In this document: one piece after another, positions 1 to 9,674 of the stretch
How the letters are laid out: each line of letters opens with the position of its first letter
How positions within the stretch are numbered: position 1 is the stretch's first letter
DNA from: Candidatus Zixiibacteriota bacterium
GTDB lineage: Bacteria; Zixibacteria; MSB-5A5; GN15; JAAZOE01
Direction: 5' to 3'
Length of the DNA stretch: 64,000 nt
Assembly (NCBI GenBank): GCA_043819555.1
Contig: JBDREQ010000001.1
Coordinates: 1-64,000 of the forward strand
Position numbers and translations under genes: made by a program
Notes under the pieces: model-generated
Seen by the model: only the letters and a program-made list of their open reading frames with translations
Databases searched by the model: none
Told to the model about the DNA's origin: nothing

Positions 1-87
1 GGCGGAGGAGGTAGGATTCGAACCCACGGTACCTTGCGGTACAACGGTTTTCAAGACCGCCGCTTTCGACCACTCAGCCACTCCTCC
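1..87 (-). tRNA. tRNA-Ser(UGA); 3' end clipped at the window edge
   Basis: Reverse complement reads GGAGGAG-TGGCTGAGTGGTCGAAAGC-GGCGGTCTTGAAAACCGTT-long variable arm-GTGGGTTCGAATCCTAC-CTCCTCC-GCC. Anticodon is TGA; the long variable arm and G discriminator fit Ser. Confidence 0.97.
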
Positions 88-193
88 GTTGCATCAAATT
101 ATCGGCAAATCTTCAAGCCATGTCAAGCCAAAACCAAATCAGCGCCTGAGTCAGAAAACAGACCTATCATTCAGAAAATTTTATTTTGGCAAA

Positions 194-1267
194 TCAGTCC
201 TTCATATTATCCCTAGATGAATAATCAGAATATTTTGACGAAAGTGAATCCAAACGTCCGGCGAGAACATCTGCAAAAGGAGTTGTATATTCGAACCGGC
301 CGAGGACGATTTTTATAACCGCTGCAATAGGCGTCGCCAAAAACATCCCAACGATTCCCCATATCATACCAAAGAATATGAGAAATAAAAGTATCACGGC
401 CGGATGCAAATCGAGAGATTCACCCATTAATTTCGGCTGGACAATATTGCCCATCGCGAATTGAATCAGGGCTGGAACAATAGTGGCTAAAATTTTGGCT
501 GGGATCGATAATTCAGGACTTAATAAGGCAACCGGAAGAGGCAGCAGTGTGGCTATAATTGATCCAATATTGGGAATAAAATTCAGTAAAAATGCGAGAA
601 GCCCAAATATCCAGGCAAATTCGACTCCGAGAATCGCCAGCGTCGCGCCAACCAGCAAGCCGGTTCCGCCAGAAACCAGGGCCATATTTAAAATATATTT
701 TTTTACGCGACTTTCGATTTCACTTAAAATTCCCCCTGCTCGCGGGTGAGAATTTTTCTGCCCAATTATCAAAAATATCATAAAAATCACAACCAGGATT
801 CCATTGGATACTATGCTCATCGCGCCGCTAAGCGTACTTGACAGCAGGCTGGTGACGGTGTTGGCGGGGATTATATCCAGAATAGATTCGGAAAGGTCTT
901 CCGGAGCAATGCCAAGTTGCTGCAATGGCAGGATCGAGATAATATCATTCATCAATTCCTGAATTCTGGCTTGATAGACTTCTGACCGGTCCTTGATATC
1001 GCCAGCCGATGACGTCACTAATAAACCCAGCAACGCCAGAATTACGAGCCCTATCAGGATCGTGGTTATTATTGCCAGCCAGCGCGGCAGTTTGAGTCTG
1101 CGGCATTGTATATCAATGATGGGCGTCAGACAAAAGGTGAAAAACACTGCCAGTACAAACGGAATAAATACCGGCTTAAGCCAGAACAATGCCGCCCCGG
1201 CCGCTACAACCGTTATTAATACAAGGCAAAGCGTTTGAATTCTCTGTTGGAATGGTGCCTCAGACAT
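194..1267 (-). CDS. AI-2E family transporter (TqsA/PerM-like)
   Basis: Multi-TM protein with LNFIPNIGS, PKLMGESLDLHP and WGIVGMFLATP motifs. Confidence 0.9.
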   Translation of the reverse strand: MSEAPFQQRIQTLCLVLITVVAAGAALFWLKPVFIPFVLAVFFTFCLTPIIDIQCRRLKLPRWLAIITTILIGLVILALLGLLVTSSAGDIKDRSEVYQARIQELMNDIISILPLQQLGIAPEDLSESILDIIPANTVTSLLSSTLSGAMSIVSNGILVVIFMIFLIIGQKNSHPRAGGILSEIESRVKKYILNMALVSGGTGLLVGATLAILGVEFAWIFGLLAFLLNFIPNIGSIIATLLPLPVALLSPELSIPAKILATIVPALIQFAMGNIVQPKLMGESLDLHPAVILLFLIFFGMIWGIVGMFLATPIAAVIKIVLGRFEYTTPFADVLAGRLDSLSSKYSDYSSRDNMKD

Positions 1268-1351
1268 AATTTAGAACCCCACTGTCCCAATTTATTGAAA
1301 TTTGCGAATTGACTTAAGACATATCAACAAAAATCAATTGAGATTTTTAAT

Positions 1352-2602
1352 CTATCGCCCGGAGGTTCCGCCATAAATGCCCAAATCCGAAGGTGAGCCG
1401 TCCGTATCGGTTATTTCTTTGTACCCGGCATTGATGGCCGGGGAATCAGGTAAAAGATGAAAATCTCCTTCACCAACAAACAATGGATCAATTGATATAT
1501 TTCCGTTTTTGCCATTAATGTCCGGCATGTCTTTTATATTACCAGCTTCGTTATTCCAAATGAGATTATTATAGAAATCCCAATTATTGAGATTACCGTA
1601 ATTCCAAATTCCTACACATGGACATACCCATTCTTCACGCCAGCCGTTGTTGACGATTATATTATTGACGAATTTGCCGCGGCATTCCTGCGACCAGGGA
1701 GCCACACCGCAATTTCCATTATGATAGACAACGTTATTGGCGGCATCCATAAATGATTCACCGGTTCCGATAATGCCCCAGCCGAGATTATCGTAAACAA
1801 GGTTGTTGTGAGCGATTACAGTCGAAGTCCCGAATGAACCTATCCCCTTCCAGAATTCAGAAATCTGATTTCGGATAGCCAGGCAATGCGCATCCCAGGT
1901 TACTCCTATACCTGCGCCCCGGCCTTTTTTAATAATGCAGTCTTTAATAATTGCTGAAGCTCCGCGGTAAAGGGCCATACCATCCCAGCCATTGTTGATT
2001 ATTTCCGAATTGTTGATGAAAATTTCAGCCCCTTCTCTGCCGAAGACGCCTCCAATTCCAACCACGACGCTGTCAATGCGATGATCATTGTCCGATAAGG
2101 CGCATTCGGTAATAGAGACAATACTGTTGCGGACCACCACGGCGGCATCGGTTGCGGCCCCATCAACGTCCCGCCTGCCGCCGGTTACTTAAAGATTTAA
2201 TAGAGACGATTGATCCGCGTTTTCAAAATACACTCCGTATCCCGCGCCGGTAATTAATATTGTCGAGTCTTTCCCCCTGCCGATTATCGTAAGTGATTTG
2301 TCTTTGATAACAAATCCGGTGGAGGCATAGACTTCCGTTTGATGCTCTGAACAATTTCCGCACAAACCTTCTATAAACTCCTGCGGATTGCTAAAATACA
2401 CTCCCGTTTCCAACCAGAGGGTGTCATTGTTATTACATGCATCGATGGCGTTTTGCAGGATTGATTGATTGATAGCGGTCGAATCACCAGCAATATATTG
2501 GGATAATGATTTATCAGCTTTGATGATTTGATGCAAGGGTTTTTCACATCCAATAGTAATCACAACTACAGCGCAAAGTATAGCAGTAAGAAGCTTTCTC
2601 AT
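1352..2602 (-). pseudogene. Right-handed beta-helix (pectin-lyase fold) lipoprotein interrupted by one in-frame TAA at 2189-2191 (pseudogene or sequencing error)
   Basis: ORFs 2189..2629 and 1352..2140 share a frame and read through as LLNL*VTGGRRDVDGAATDAAVVVRNS. RBS AGGAGAGG precedes ATG 2602. Lipobox-like ITIGC; Asn-ladder repeats; C-terminal DPLFV..DFHL...SPAINAG...D.DGSPSDLGIYGG motif. Confidence 0.75.
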
Positions 2603-2612
2603 AGACCTCTCC

Positions 2613-3152
2613 TTATTTGGAAACTCCATTTGTCCTTGTAAGATTTTTCTTCAAAATCAGCTTATATCGCGCATCATATCTGCCCTTCGAACATTTGCCG
2701 CATGATGCCATCCTCAATCGTTTTATTCGCGGATATTCAGATAAACAATGAGGACAAATATATAGATATTTCGGCTTGCGCCTCAATTCGGGATGTTCGG
2801 TCGCTCGAACGGAAGCCCCAATTTTTCTTGCGATTCTTTTAAACGAGGCGTTGTGATTGGGCTGCAAGATATGAATCATTTCATGCTTGAGAGTATCATA
2901 GACTTCATCGGGGAAAATTAGATGATATTTTTCTGAAATGCGTATTTCCTTCAAATTTGAATAATAAGCCCCGGCGGCCAGCATCCGTTTGGAGTATTTT
3001 ATTTTTGTCAGCGGCAGTTTTCCGCCAAAGTACTGCGCATTATAAATATCGTACATCTTCTCCAATTCAGCGATGTCAGGCAGTTCGGTTTTCGTCTTTT
3101 CATACAGAACATTGAAGATATCATAATTAGTTGGTGATACGCTCTTTTTCAT
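2613..3152 (-). CDS. SprT-like zinc metalloprotease
   Basis: LKHEMIH zincin motif, HNASFK, C-terminal CPHC...CGKC zinc ribbon. Confidence 0.85.
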   Translation of the reverse strand: MKKSVSPTNYDIFNVLYEKTKTELPDIAELEKMYDIYNAQYFGGKLPLTKIKYSKRMLAAGAYYSNLKEIRISEKYHLIFPDEVYDTLKHEMIHILQPNHNASFKRIARKIGASVRATEHPELRRKPKYLYICPHCLSEYPRIKRLRMASCGKCSKGRYDARYKLILKKNLTRTNGVSK

Positions 3153-3267
3153 TATCGTAATTTAGCCGAATCTTAATAAATTTAGAGTACCTATTATCCG
3201 CTTAAAAATCAAGATTTATATCGGAGGTGTCTTCCACCCATAATCTATCTACTTGGTTTATGCCAAC

Positions 3268-4059
3268 CTAATCTGCATCTGAGGTGTCCTGCAGTATCTC
3301 GATTACTCGAGATGAAGCGTTTTCGAGAGCAAAGTCCAATGCCGATCGCCCATCTCGATTCGTCACGTTCGCGTCTGCTCCTCCATCGAGAAGAATTCTC
3401 ACGATATCAACCATGTCTATTGCAGCCGCTCCCATGAGTGCTGTTGTCCCATAATCATCTGCGCTATTAACATCTGCACCCATGGAGATGATCTTTTCTG
3501 CCCAGTCAGTTCGACCCTTTGCGATTGAGCTACAGAGTGGAGAAAGGCGATCGGGTACAAGGCAGTTATCGACATCGGCGCCCGCATCAAGAAGCAGGCT
3601 CACAACATCCCCATAACCATGCCCGATGGCCATTGATAGGGCACTAATAAAGTCATCATCGACCGTATTCAATTCTGCGCCGGCTTCTATTAATCTCTTG
3701 ACAATGTGAACGTGACCTGCTTCTGAGGCAAGCATAAGTGCGCTGACACCGGAACGGGTCAGCGCGTTTATCGAGCTACCTCTTTCGATGAAGTAGTCCA
3801 CAATTTCCTGATGACCACCCGCAGATGCATACATTAGCGGGGTTTTCCCGGTGCCATTGGCGCAATCGATATTTATCCCAGAGTTAACTAATTCCAGGAC
3901 GCGATCAAATTGGCCATCAAAAGAAGCTTTCAAAAGATCGGACTGCGGGCGACTTGGTCTTTCTTTGAAAACCCAGGCCAGCAATCGAACCGCAATGCTC
4001 GCCAGAATGAGCAACGCTATCAGACCCAAGATTGTTGTTAATGAATCCATATCTGGCAC
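3268..4059 (-). CDS. Membrane-anchored ankyrin-repeat protein
   Basis: N-terminal hydrophobic helix followed by about 6 repeats of the G.TPLMYA...GH.EIV..L...GA.IN type. Confidence 0.9.
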   Translation of the reverse strand: MPDMDSLTTILGLIALLILASIAVRLLAWVFKERPSRPQSDLLKASFDGQFDRVLELVNSGINIDCANGTGKTPLMYASAGGHQEIVDYFIERGSSINALTRSGVSALMLASEAGHVHIVKRLIEAGAELNTVDDDFISALSMAIGHGYGDVVSLLLDAGADVDNCLVPDRLSPLCSSIAKGRTDWAEKIISMGADVNSADDYGTTALMGAAAIDMVDIVRILLDGGADANVTNRDGRSALDFALENASSRVIEILQDTSDAD

Positions 4060-4164
4060 TTCCTAATGATCGGTGACCCAATGTTCCGCATAGCGGAACG
4101 CCGGACTCCAGCCTATCTTTTCCCAACGCAGAAGGATTGAAGCATCCTGCAATAGTAATAAAAA

Positions 4165-4821
4165 TCAGTTATCACCCGATTCTCTGACTTTGATTCTTAC
4201 TACCCAACTACCGAGATCCGGGCCCCTAATTACATCTCCGGGGAAAGTCGGGTGCAAACGCAAAAATTCTTCACGCCGTGTATCAAATTGATCTTGATCG
4301 GTATCCATTGCCGCGCGACCCTGCTCCAAACCCAGCACTCCCGTATATAATTGAATATCCCCAATAAATAGTGCTTTCTTGCCGCCAGGGATGTCAAAAT
4401 GTTTGGCAGAAGGGGATTCGTCTTTCAGAAGTTGATCATTGCGAATCACCCAAAGACGGTATATACCCTCCGGCAAAATCAATTCAAAGGGTAGAGTTTC
4501 GTCCCCCCAAGCCGAAACTGAAGTAGTTATCCTATTCCCCGTATTAGAGTCGATAAAGACCAATGAAATTTGGGGATTATATCCGCTTATCGGACCGAAA
4601 AGACCTCGATGGAGACTCCCCGTTTGGTAATAATTTTCGCCATTTTCCACAGTTTGTCGCTCTATACTCGAATTAATCCATCCGAACACAAGTGATTCAT
4701 TCTCGTTTATATTATCTGCTTGCTCATGACTCAGGTATACTCCTTTCGGCGTTCCGCCACAGTTAATCAAAAACAGAGCGGTAAAAATGGCGACTGTAAG
4801 TAATAGTAACCTTGTTAACAC
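4165..4821 (-). CDS. Hypothetical lipoprotein
   Basis: GGAGG RBS 5 nt before GTG at 4821; hydrophobic signal ending LFLINC-GG. No family recognised. Confidence 0.6.
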   Translation of the reverse strand: MLTRLLLLTVAIFTALFLINCGGTPKGVYLSHEQADNINENESLVFGWINSSIERQTVENGENYYQTGSLHRGLFGPISGYNPQISLVFIDSNTGNRITTSVSAWGDETLPFELILPEGIYRLWVIRNDQLLKDESPSAKHFDIPGGKKALFIGDIQLYTGVLGLEQGRAAMDTDQDQFDTRREEFLRLHPTFPGDVIRGPDLGSWVVRIKVRESGDN

Positions 4822-5085
4822 AACTTCCTCCATTCTCAAACTAGTTCCGGTTCCAGGCATAGATTAGGCGCAAGAAATTCAACCAAAAATGTGTATTTCT
4901 CCCAATGACTGAATTAAATGTAATTTTGGCCAAGCCAGCTTCAAGGACACTTTCCTCTTAATCATAATTGTACTGTTAACTGCGCCGCTACTATCCTGAA
5001 CGGAAGATACGTTATATAAATAAAATAAATTCATTTTTGGACACAAATCAATCAATAAAACGCATCTATCCCAGTCGCATTTCGA

Positions 5086-5114
5086 TTGACACCGGGCGGT
5101 CAATAAAATATATT
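5086..5114 (+). promoter_or_regulatory. sigma70-type promoter of purL
   Basis: TTGACA-17 nt-TATATT, ending 22 nt before ATG 5137, which has an AAAGGA RBS. Confidence 0.65.
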
Positions 5115-5136
5115 CGGTTTTTTGAAAGGAATTAAA

Positions 5137-7365
5137 ATGCAGGACCCCGTTGTCACGCCGGAATTGGTCGCCGAACACGGTCTCAATGAAGAAGAACACC
5201 GAAAAATAGTGGAAATTCTGGGCCGCGAGCCGAATTTTACCGAACTCGGCATATTTTCGGTAATGTGGTCGGAGCATTGTTCATACAAAAATTCAATAAG
5301 GCTTCTTAAGACTCTTCCCCGCGAAGGCAAACATACATTAACAAAAGCCGGAGAGGAAAACGCCGGGGCGGTCGATATCGGAAACGACCTGGCGATTGTG
5401 TTCAAGATCGAATCCCACAATCATCCCTCGGCAGTCGAACCTTATCAGGGGGCGGCTACCGGTGTCGGCGGGATTTTGCGTGATATATTTACGATGGGCG
5501 CCCGGCCAATCGCATCGTTGGATTCGCTTCGATTCGGCTCGCTGGAAAATGACCGCGTCCGCTATCTGGTTGACGGTGTCGTACGAGGTATTGGCGATTA
5601 TGGAAATTCTTTTGGCGTTCCGACGGTAGGCGGAGAAGTATATTTCGACGAGGCATATACCGGCAATCCATTGGTAAACCCGATGGCTGTTGGACTTATT
5701 AAATCGGACGGCATCGTATCGGCAACAACCGGCGGGCCGGGTAATGCTGTTATGATCGTCGGCTCTTCCACCGGGCGGGATGGTATCCATGGAGCCACTT
5801 TCGCCTCCGCGGAATTGACCAAAGAAAACGAAGCCAAAAGACCGGCGGTTCAGATAGGCGATCCCTTTACAGAAAAATTACTTCTTGAGGCGACACTTGA
5901 AATTATCAACGATGATCTTGTCGTGGGAATTCAGGACATGGGTGCGGCCGGGATCACCTGCTGTTCGTCGGAGATGTCGGCCAAGGGTGAAACCGGAATT
6001 GAAATCGAGCTAAAAGACGTACCGCTTCGCGAAGAGGGCATGACGCCCTATGAGATACTGTTGTCTGAATCACAGGAACGAATGATGGTCGTGGCCAAAC
6101 CGGGGTGCGAAGAAAAAATAATAGAGATTTTTGATAAATGGGATCTGCATTCAAAAATAATCGGCAAAACGACTGATGATGGCATCTTTCGAGTCAAACT
6201 CAATGGAAAAGTAGTCTCTGAGATTCCATCCGAATATCTTGCTCTGGGAGGCAAAACACCGGAATACACCCGCGAAATAAAAAAGCCGGGTTATATCGAT
6301 GAGTTATCTCAATTGGATATGGATAGTTTATCCAATGATATGAATTGGAATGAAGTTTTTCTAAAGCTTCTTGCAGCGCCAAATATCAGCGACAAAGGTT
6401 GGGTATTTGAGCAATACGACTCGACTATCCGCACTAATACCGTTGTTGGCCCGGGCAGCGACGCCGCCGTTTTGCGCATTCGAAAAACCAATAAGGCCCT
6501 GGCCATGACTACGGACTGTAACGGAAGATATTGCTATCTTAATCCGAAGCGGGGCGCTATGCACGCTGTCGCCGAAGCCGCGCGCAATATCGCCTGTTCC
6601 GGCGGAAAAGGCTGCGCCATTACCAATTGTTTGAATTTTGGCAATCCTTATGACCCGGAAATTTATTATGGTTTTGCCGGAGCGGTTGAAGGTATGGGAA
6701 AAGCCTGCCGAGTATTTGATACTCCCGTAACCGGCGGCAATGTCAGTTTTTATAATGAAGACCCGGATCGCGCCGTCTATCCCTCTCCGGTTATTGGAAT
6801 GATCGGTATCATCGAGGACCTTGCCCATATAACGACGGTGTGGTTTAAAGACAAGGGCGATGAAATATTCCTCATGGGAGAAAACACCAGCGAACTGGGA
6901 GCATCCGAATACCTGTCGGTGATTCACGGTATGAAGCGTGGCGAGGTGCCGGATATCAATTTAAGTCAAGAATTGAATCTCCATGATGCCGTATTGCAGA
7001 TGATAAAATCCGGATCGGTAAAATCAGCGCATGATTGCTCTATGGGAGGTCTTGCTATTGCGCTGGCCGAAGCGACTATCGGTGATAAAGAAAATATGGT
7101 AGGAGCACAAATTTCTATCAACATCGATGATTTGCGTTCCGATGCTTTGCTTTTTGGCGAAGCGGCTTCGAGAATTGTAATCTCCTGTCAGCCCGGCAAT
7201 GAAGAAAAGATTAAATCGATCGCCGAAAAGTATTACACTCCCATTCGGAAAATCGGAACGGTCGGCGGTGACAAACTTACGATCAATAATCTGATTGACA
7301 TTTCACTGTCCGATATGGCCGACGCCTTTTATAACAGCCTGCCGAAGCTGGTTGAACGAGTATAG
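5137..7365 (+). CDS. purL: Phosphoribosylformylglycinamidine synthase subunit PurL (small type)
   Basis: [59 protein letters not shown] motifs. Confidence 0.98.
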   Translation: MQDPVVTPELVAEHGLNEEEHRKIVEILGREPNFTELGIFSVMWSEHCSYKNSIRLLKTLPREGKHTLTKAGEENAGAVDIGNDLAIVFKIESHNHPSAVEPYQGAATGVGGILRDIFTMGARPIASLDSLRFGSLENDRVRYLVDGVVRGIGDYGNSFGVPTVGGEVYFDEAYTGNPLVNPMAVGLIKSDGIVSATTGGPGNAVMIVGSSTGRDGIHGATFASAELTKENEAKRPAVQIGDPFTEKLLLEATLEIINDDLVVGIQDMGAAGITCCSSEMSAKGETGIEIELKDVPLREEGMTPYEILLSESQERMMVVAKPGCEEKIIEIFDKWDLHSKIIGKTTDDGIFRVKLNGKVVSEIPSEYLALGGKTPEYTREIKKPGYIDELSQLDMDSLSNDMNWNEVFLKLLAAPNISDKGWVFEQYDSTIRTNTVVGPGSDAAVLRIRKTNKALAMTTDCNGRYCYLNPKRGAMHAVAEAARNIACSGGKGCAITNCLNFGNPYDPEIYYGFAGAVEGMGKACRVFDTPVTGGNVSFYNEDPDRAVYPSPVIGMIGIIEDLAHITTVWFKDKGDEIFLMGENTSELGASEYLSVIHGMKRGEVPDINLSQELNLHDAVLQMIKSGSVKSAHDCSMGGLAIALAEATIGDKENMVGAQISINIDDLRSDALLFGEAASRIVISCQPGNEEKIKSIAEKYYTPIRKIGTVGGDKLTINNLIDISLSDMADAFYNSLPKLVERV

Positions 7366-7407
7366 CGAATGGTTTTGCGTTCGGGATTTTATATCGTATA
7401 TTTATAA

Positions 7408-8127
7408 ATGGCCATTTATTTTTTATCCGACGCGCATCTTGGTTCCGACGATGCTCAAAGCGAAAAAATAAAGATCGAAAAGCTATTTGCTTTTCTGGAT
7501 ATGGTCAAAGATACCGGCGAGAAGCTGTATATCCTCGGCGATCTTTTCGATTTCTGGTTTGAGTATAAACATGCTATCCCCAAACAACATCTGAAAGCAG
7601 TTTTAAAACTTGCCTCATTGGTAGAAAGCGGTATTCCCATACATTATATCACCGGCAATCATGATTTCTGGCTGGGTGGTTTTCTGGAAAACGAGGTTGG
7701 CATAAAAATCCATCGGGATAGTTATGAGGCGACTGAGCAGGGATTAAAAATATTGATGATTCACGGTGATGGTTTATCTCCGGCCGACTGGAAATACCGT
7801 ATCTTTGTCAGGGCGATTCTTAGAAACAGACTTGCCGTTGCATTTTATAGATTAGTTCCCTCAGATTGGGGAATACCAATTGCCAAAGCAATGTCATCTT
7901 CTTCAAGAAATCATACTGCGGGGCGGGAAAATAAATTTTTGAAAGACTATGAAAATTACGCTCGGGAAAAATTGAGTGAAGGTTATGACGCGATTATCAT
8001 CGGACACACCCATCAACCTGAGTTTATTAATTATGAAAACGGCACATATATGAATACCGGCGATTTTTATAAGAATTTCAGTTATGGGAAGTTACATGAC
8101 GGACAAGTATCTTTGGAAATATTTTAG
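7408..8127 (+). CDS. lpxH: UDP-2,3-diacylglucosamine diphosphatase (LpxH family metallophosphoesterase)
   Basis: SDAHLG, LGDLFDFW, GNHD, HGDG and GHTH motifs. Confidence 0.85.
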   Translation: MAIYFLSDAHLGSDDAQSEKIKIEKLFAFLDMVKDTGEKLYILGDLFDFWFEYKHAIPKQHLKAVLKLASLVESGIPIHYITGNHDFWLGGFLENEVGIKIHRDSYEATEQGLKILMIHGDGLSPADWKYRIFVRAILRNRLAVAFYRLVPSDWGIPIAKAMSSSSRNHTAGRENKFLKDYENYAREKLSEGYDAIIIGHTHQPEFINYENGTYMNTGDFYKNFSYGKLHDGQVSLEIF

Positions 8128-8285
8128 GATTGTATAACTCATGGTTATTGCTTGCATAAATTCAGTCGTCTGATATATTAAAATCAGGAGGGATGTGGCA
8201 TCGTTGTCAGATCTTTAATATATCATCAATCCCCGATTAGTCCCGCACCGCCGCATTGAAATTACTTTTTTAAGGGGGTACGGCT

Positions 8286-9494
8286 ATGAGAAAGATTAAT
8301 AAGAAAAGGTTGAATTCAGTCATTTATTGGTTTTTGCTGACGCTTTTTGTATCTGCCGGTTTGGCGGCTGCCAATTCATTGAATACTCCGGAATCGCCAG
8401 AGACAATGCTCGGGGGGGCTTATATTCAAAGGCTCGATTTGCCTGATACAGATCTTCACGATATTGCAGTCGATGCGCAATTTGTTTACACGGTTGGAGA
8501 TGAGTTAAGTATAATTGACTTGGATTATACGCTTGAATATGGATTTGAGCGCTGGTATATAAATCAAATATACACGTCAATTCTCGGCTCAGGAAATGCT
8601 CTGGAGATTAATAATCAATTGGCTTATGTAGCATCAGAAGATTCATTATTCAAAATACTGGATATAAGTGATCCTTCGGATATTGTTTTGATATCATCGA
8701 TAAACATTAACGCCTATGCCTATGATTTGGCCATATATGCCAATTACGCCTATATCTCTACCTGGAAGAGTGGTATAATTATAATCGATTTTTCAGATAT
8801 TGAGAATCCTTATGTAGCCGGTCAGATGCCCTCAATACACTCCAATAAGGTTTTAATCAATGACAATCTTCTATATCTCGGTTATGGACTGTTAATTTAT
8901 AGTCTAAATGATCCCTTAATTCCCTTTCTGGAAAGCCAGGTAGATGTCCCGGCAACGGTAAGAGACATGAAAATTTCCGGAAATCAATTATTCCTCGCAT
9001 CGGCGGAATACGAATTGATGAGAGGGTTCATATCCATCATTGATATTACAGATATATATTCTCCGGTAATTGAAAATGTATTTGAAACTGCCGCAGAATC
9101 CTATTGCTTAAGTATAAAGGGAGATTATGCCGTTGCTGGTTCATTTGGCTTTGAACGAATAAACATCACAGATTTGGAAAACGTTCATCGAGTTGAGTTT
9201 TTGCCACATTATTACATAAGAAAAATTGAAGTTTTCGGTGATTGGTACTATATGGTTGATAGACAATCTTTATTGATTTGCCATACGGATGGTATTTGCG
9301 GTGATATTAATAATGATGGAACGATCAATGTCGGCGACGCTGTAAGGGCAATAAACTGCGTATTCAAGGATTGCTTTGATGAAGGCACCTGGTATGACGC
9401 CAATTGCGATGGCAGTTTTAATATTGGCGATGCTGTTTATCTCATAAACCACATATTTAAGTACGGACCCAGAGCGTGTGAGGAATGCGAATAA
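8286..9494 (+). CDS. Secreted LVIVD-repeat beta-propeller protein with C-terminal dockerin-like domain
   Basis: Signal peptide; LVIVD-type repeats (AYVA...FKILDISDPS.I; GIIIIDFSDIENP); C-terminal GDINNDGTINVGDAV...DANCDGSFNIGDAVYLINHIF. Confidence 0.85.
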   Translation: MRKINKKRLNSVIYWFLLTLFVSAGLAAANSLNTPESPETMLGGAYIQRLDLPDTDLHDIAVDAQFVYTVGDELSIIDLDYTLEYGFERWYINQIYTSILGSGNALEINNQLAYVASEDSLFKILDISDPSDIVLISSININAYAYDLAIYANYAYISTWKSGIIIIDFSDIENPYVAGQMPSIHSNKVLINDNLLYLGYGLLIYSLNDPLIPFLESQVDVPATVRDMKISGNQLFLASAEYELMRGFISIIDITDIYSPVIENVFETAAESYCLSIKGDYAVAGSFGFERINITDLENVHRVEFLPHYYIRKIEVFGDWYYMVDRQSLLICHTDGICGDINNDGTINVGDAVRAINCVFKDCFDEGTWYDANCDGSFNIGDAVYLINHIFKYGPRACEECE

Positions 9495-9521
9495 TATTGC
9501 CTTGTCTTAATAAAAAGTTTA

Positions 9522-9566
9522 TTCAAAATTAACCCCGCCGGGGCGGGGGGAAACCGCTCCGGCGGG
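9522..9566 (-). terminator. Intrinsic terminator after ftsZ (possibly bidirectional)
   Basis: 13-bp GC-rich stem (9534-9546 with 9554-9566) followed by a T-rich tract on the minus strand; lies between convergent genes. Confidence 0.65.
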
Positions 9567-9674
9567 TCCTGTAAAAAGAATAAGAAGGATTATGTTATTT
9601 GCCCTTAATTGGACATTTTTCTATCGCATTCCACCCCTTTGGGCGGCGCGGTATAAATTGTTTTTACTGTATTC

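Noticed and set aside
2189..2191. Genetic-code reassignment or Sec/Pyl readthrough
   Set aside because: The stop is TAA, not TGA or TAG, and all three stops end normal conserved genes here.
4060..4165. Possible integron attC site between the lipoprotein and ankyrin genes
   Set aside because: No complementary RYYYAAC...GTTRRRY ends, only short local hairpins, and no integrase in the window.
1..5100. tRNA-anchored genomic island
   Set aside because: The tRNA 3' end points out of the window; no integrase or duplicated tRNA end was seen.
4879..6927. Minus-strand ORFs overlapping purL (132, 106, 150, 188 aa)
   Set aside because: Antisense shadows of a conserved gene with no recognisable motifs.
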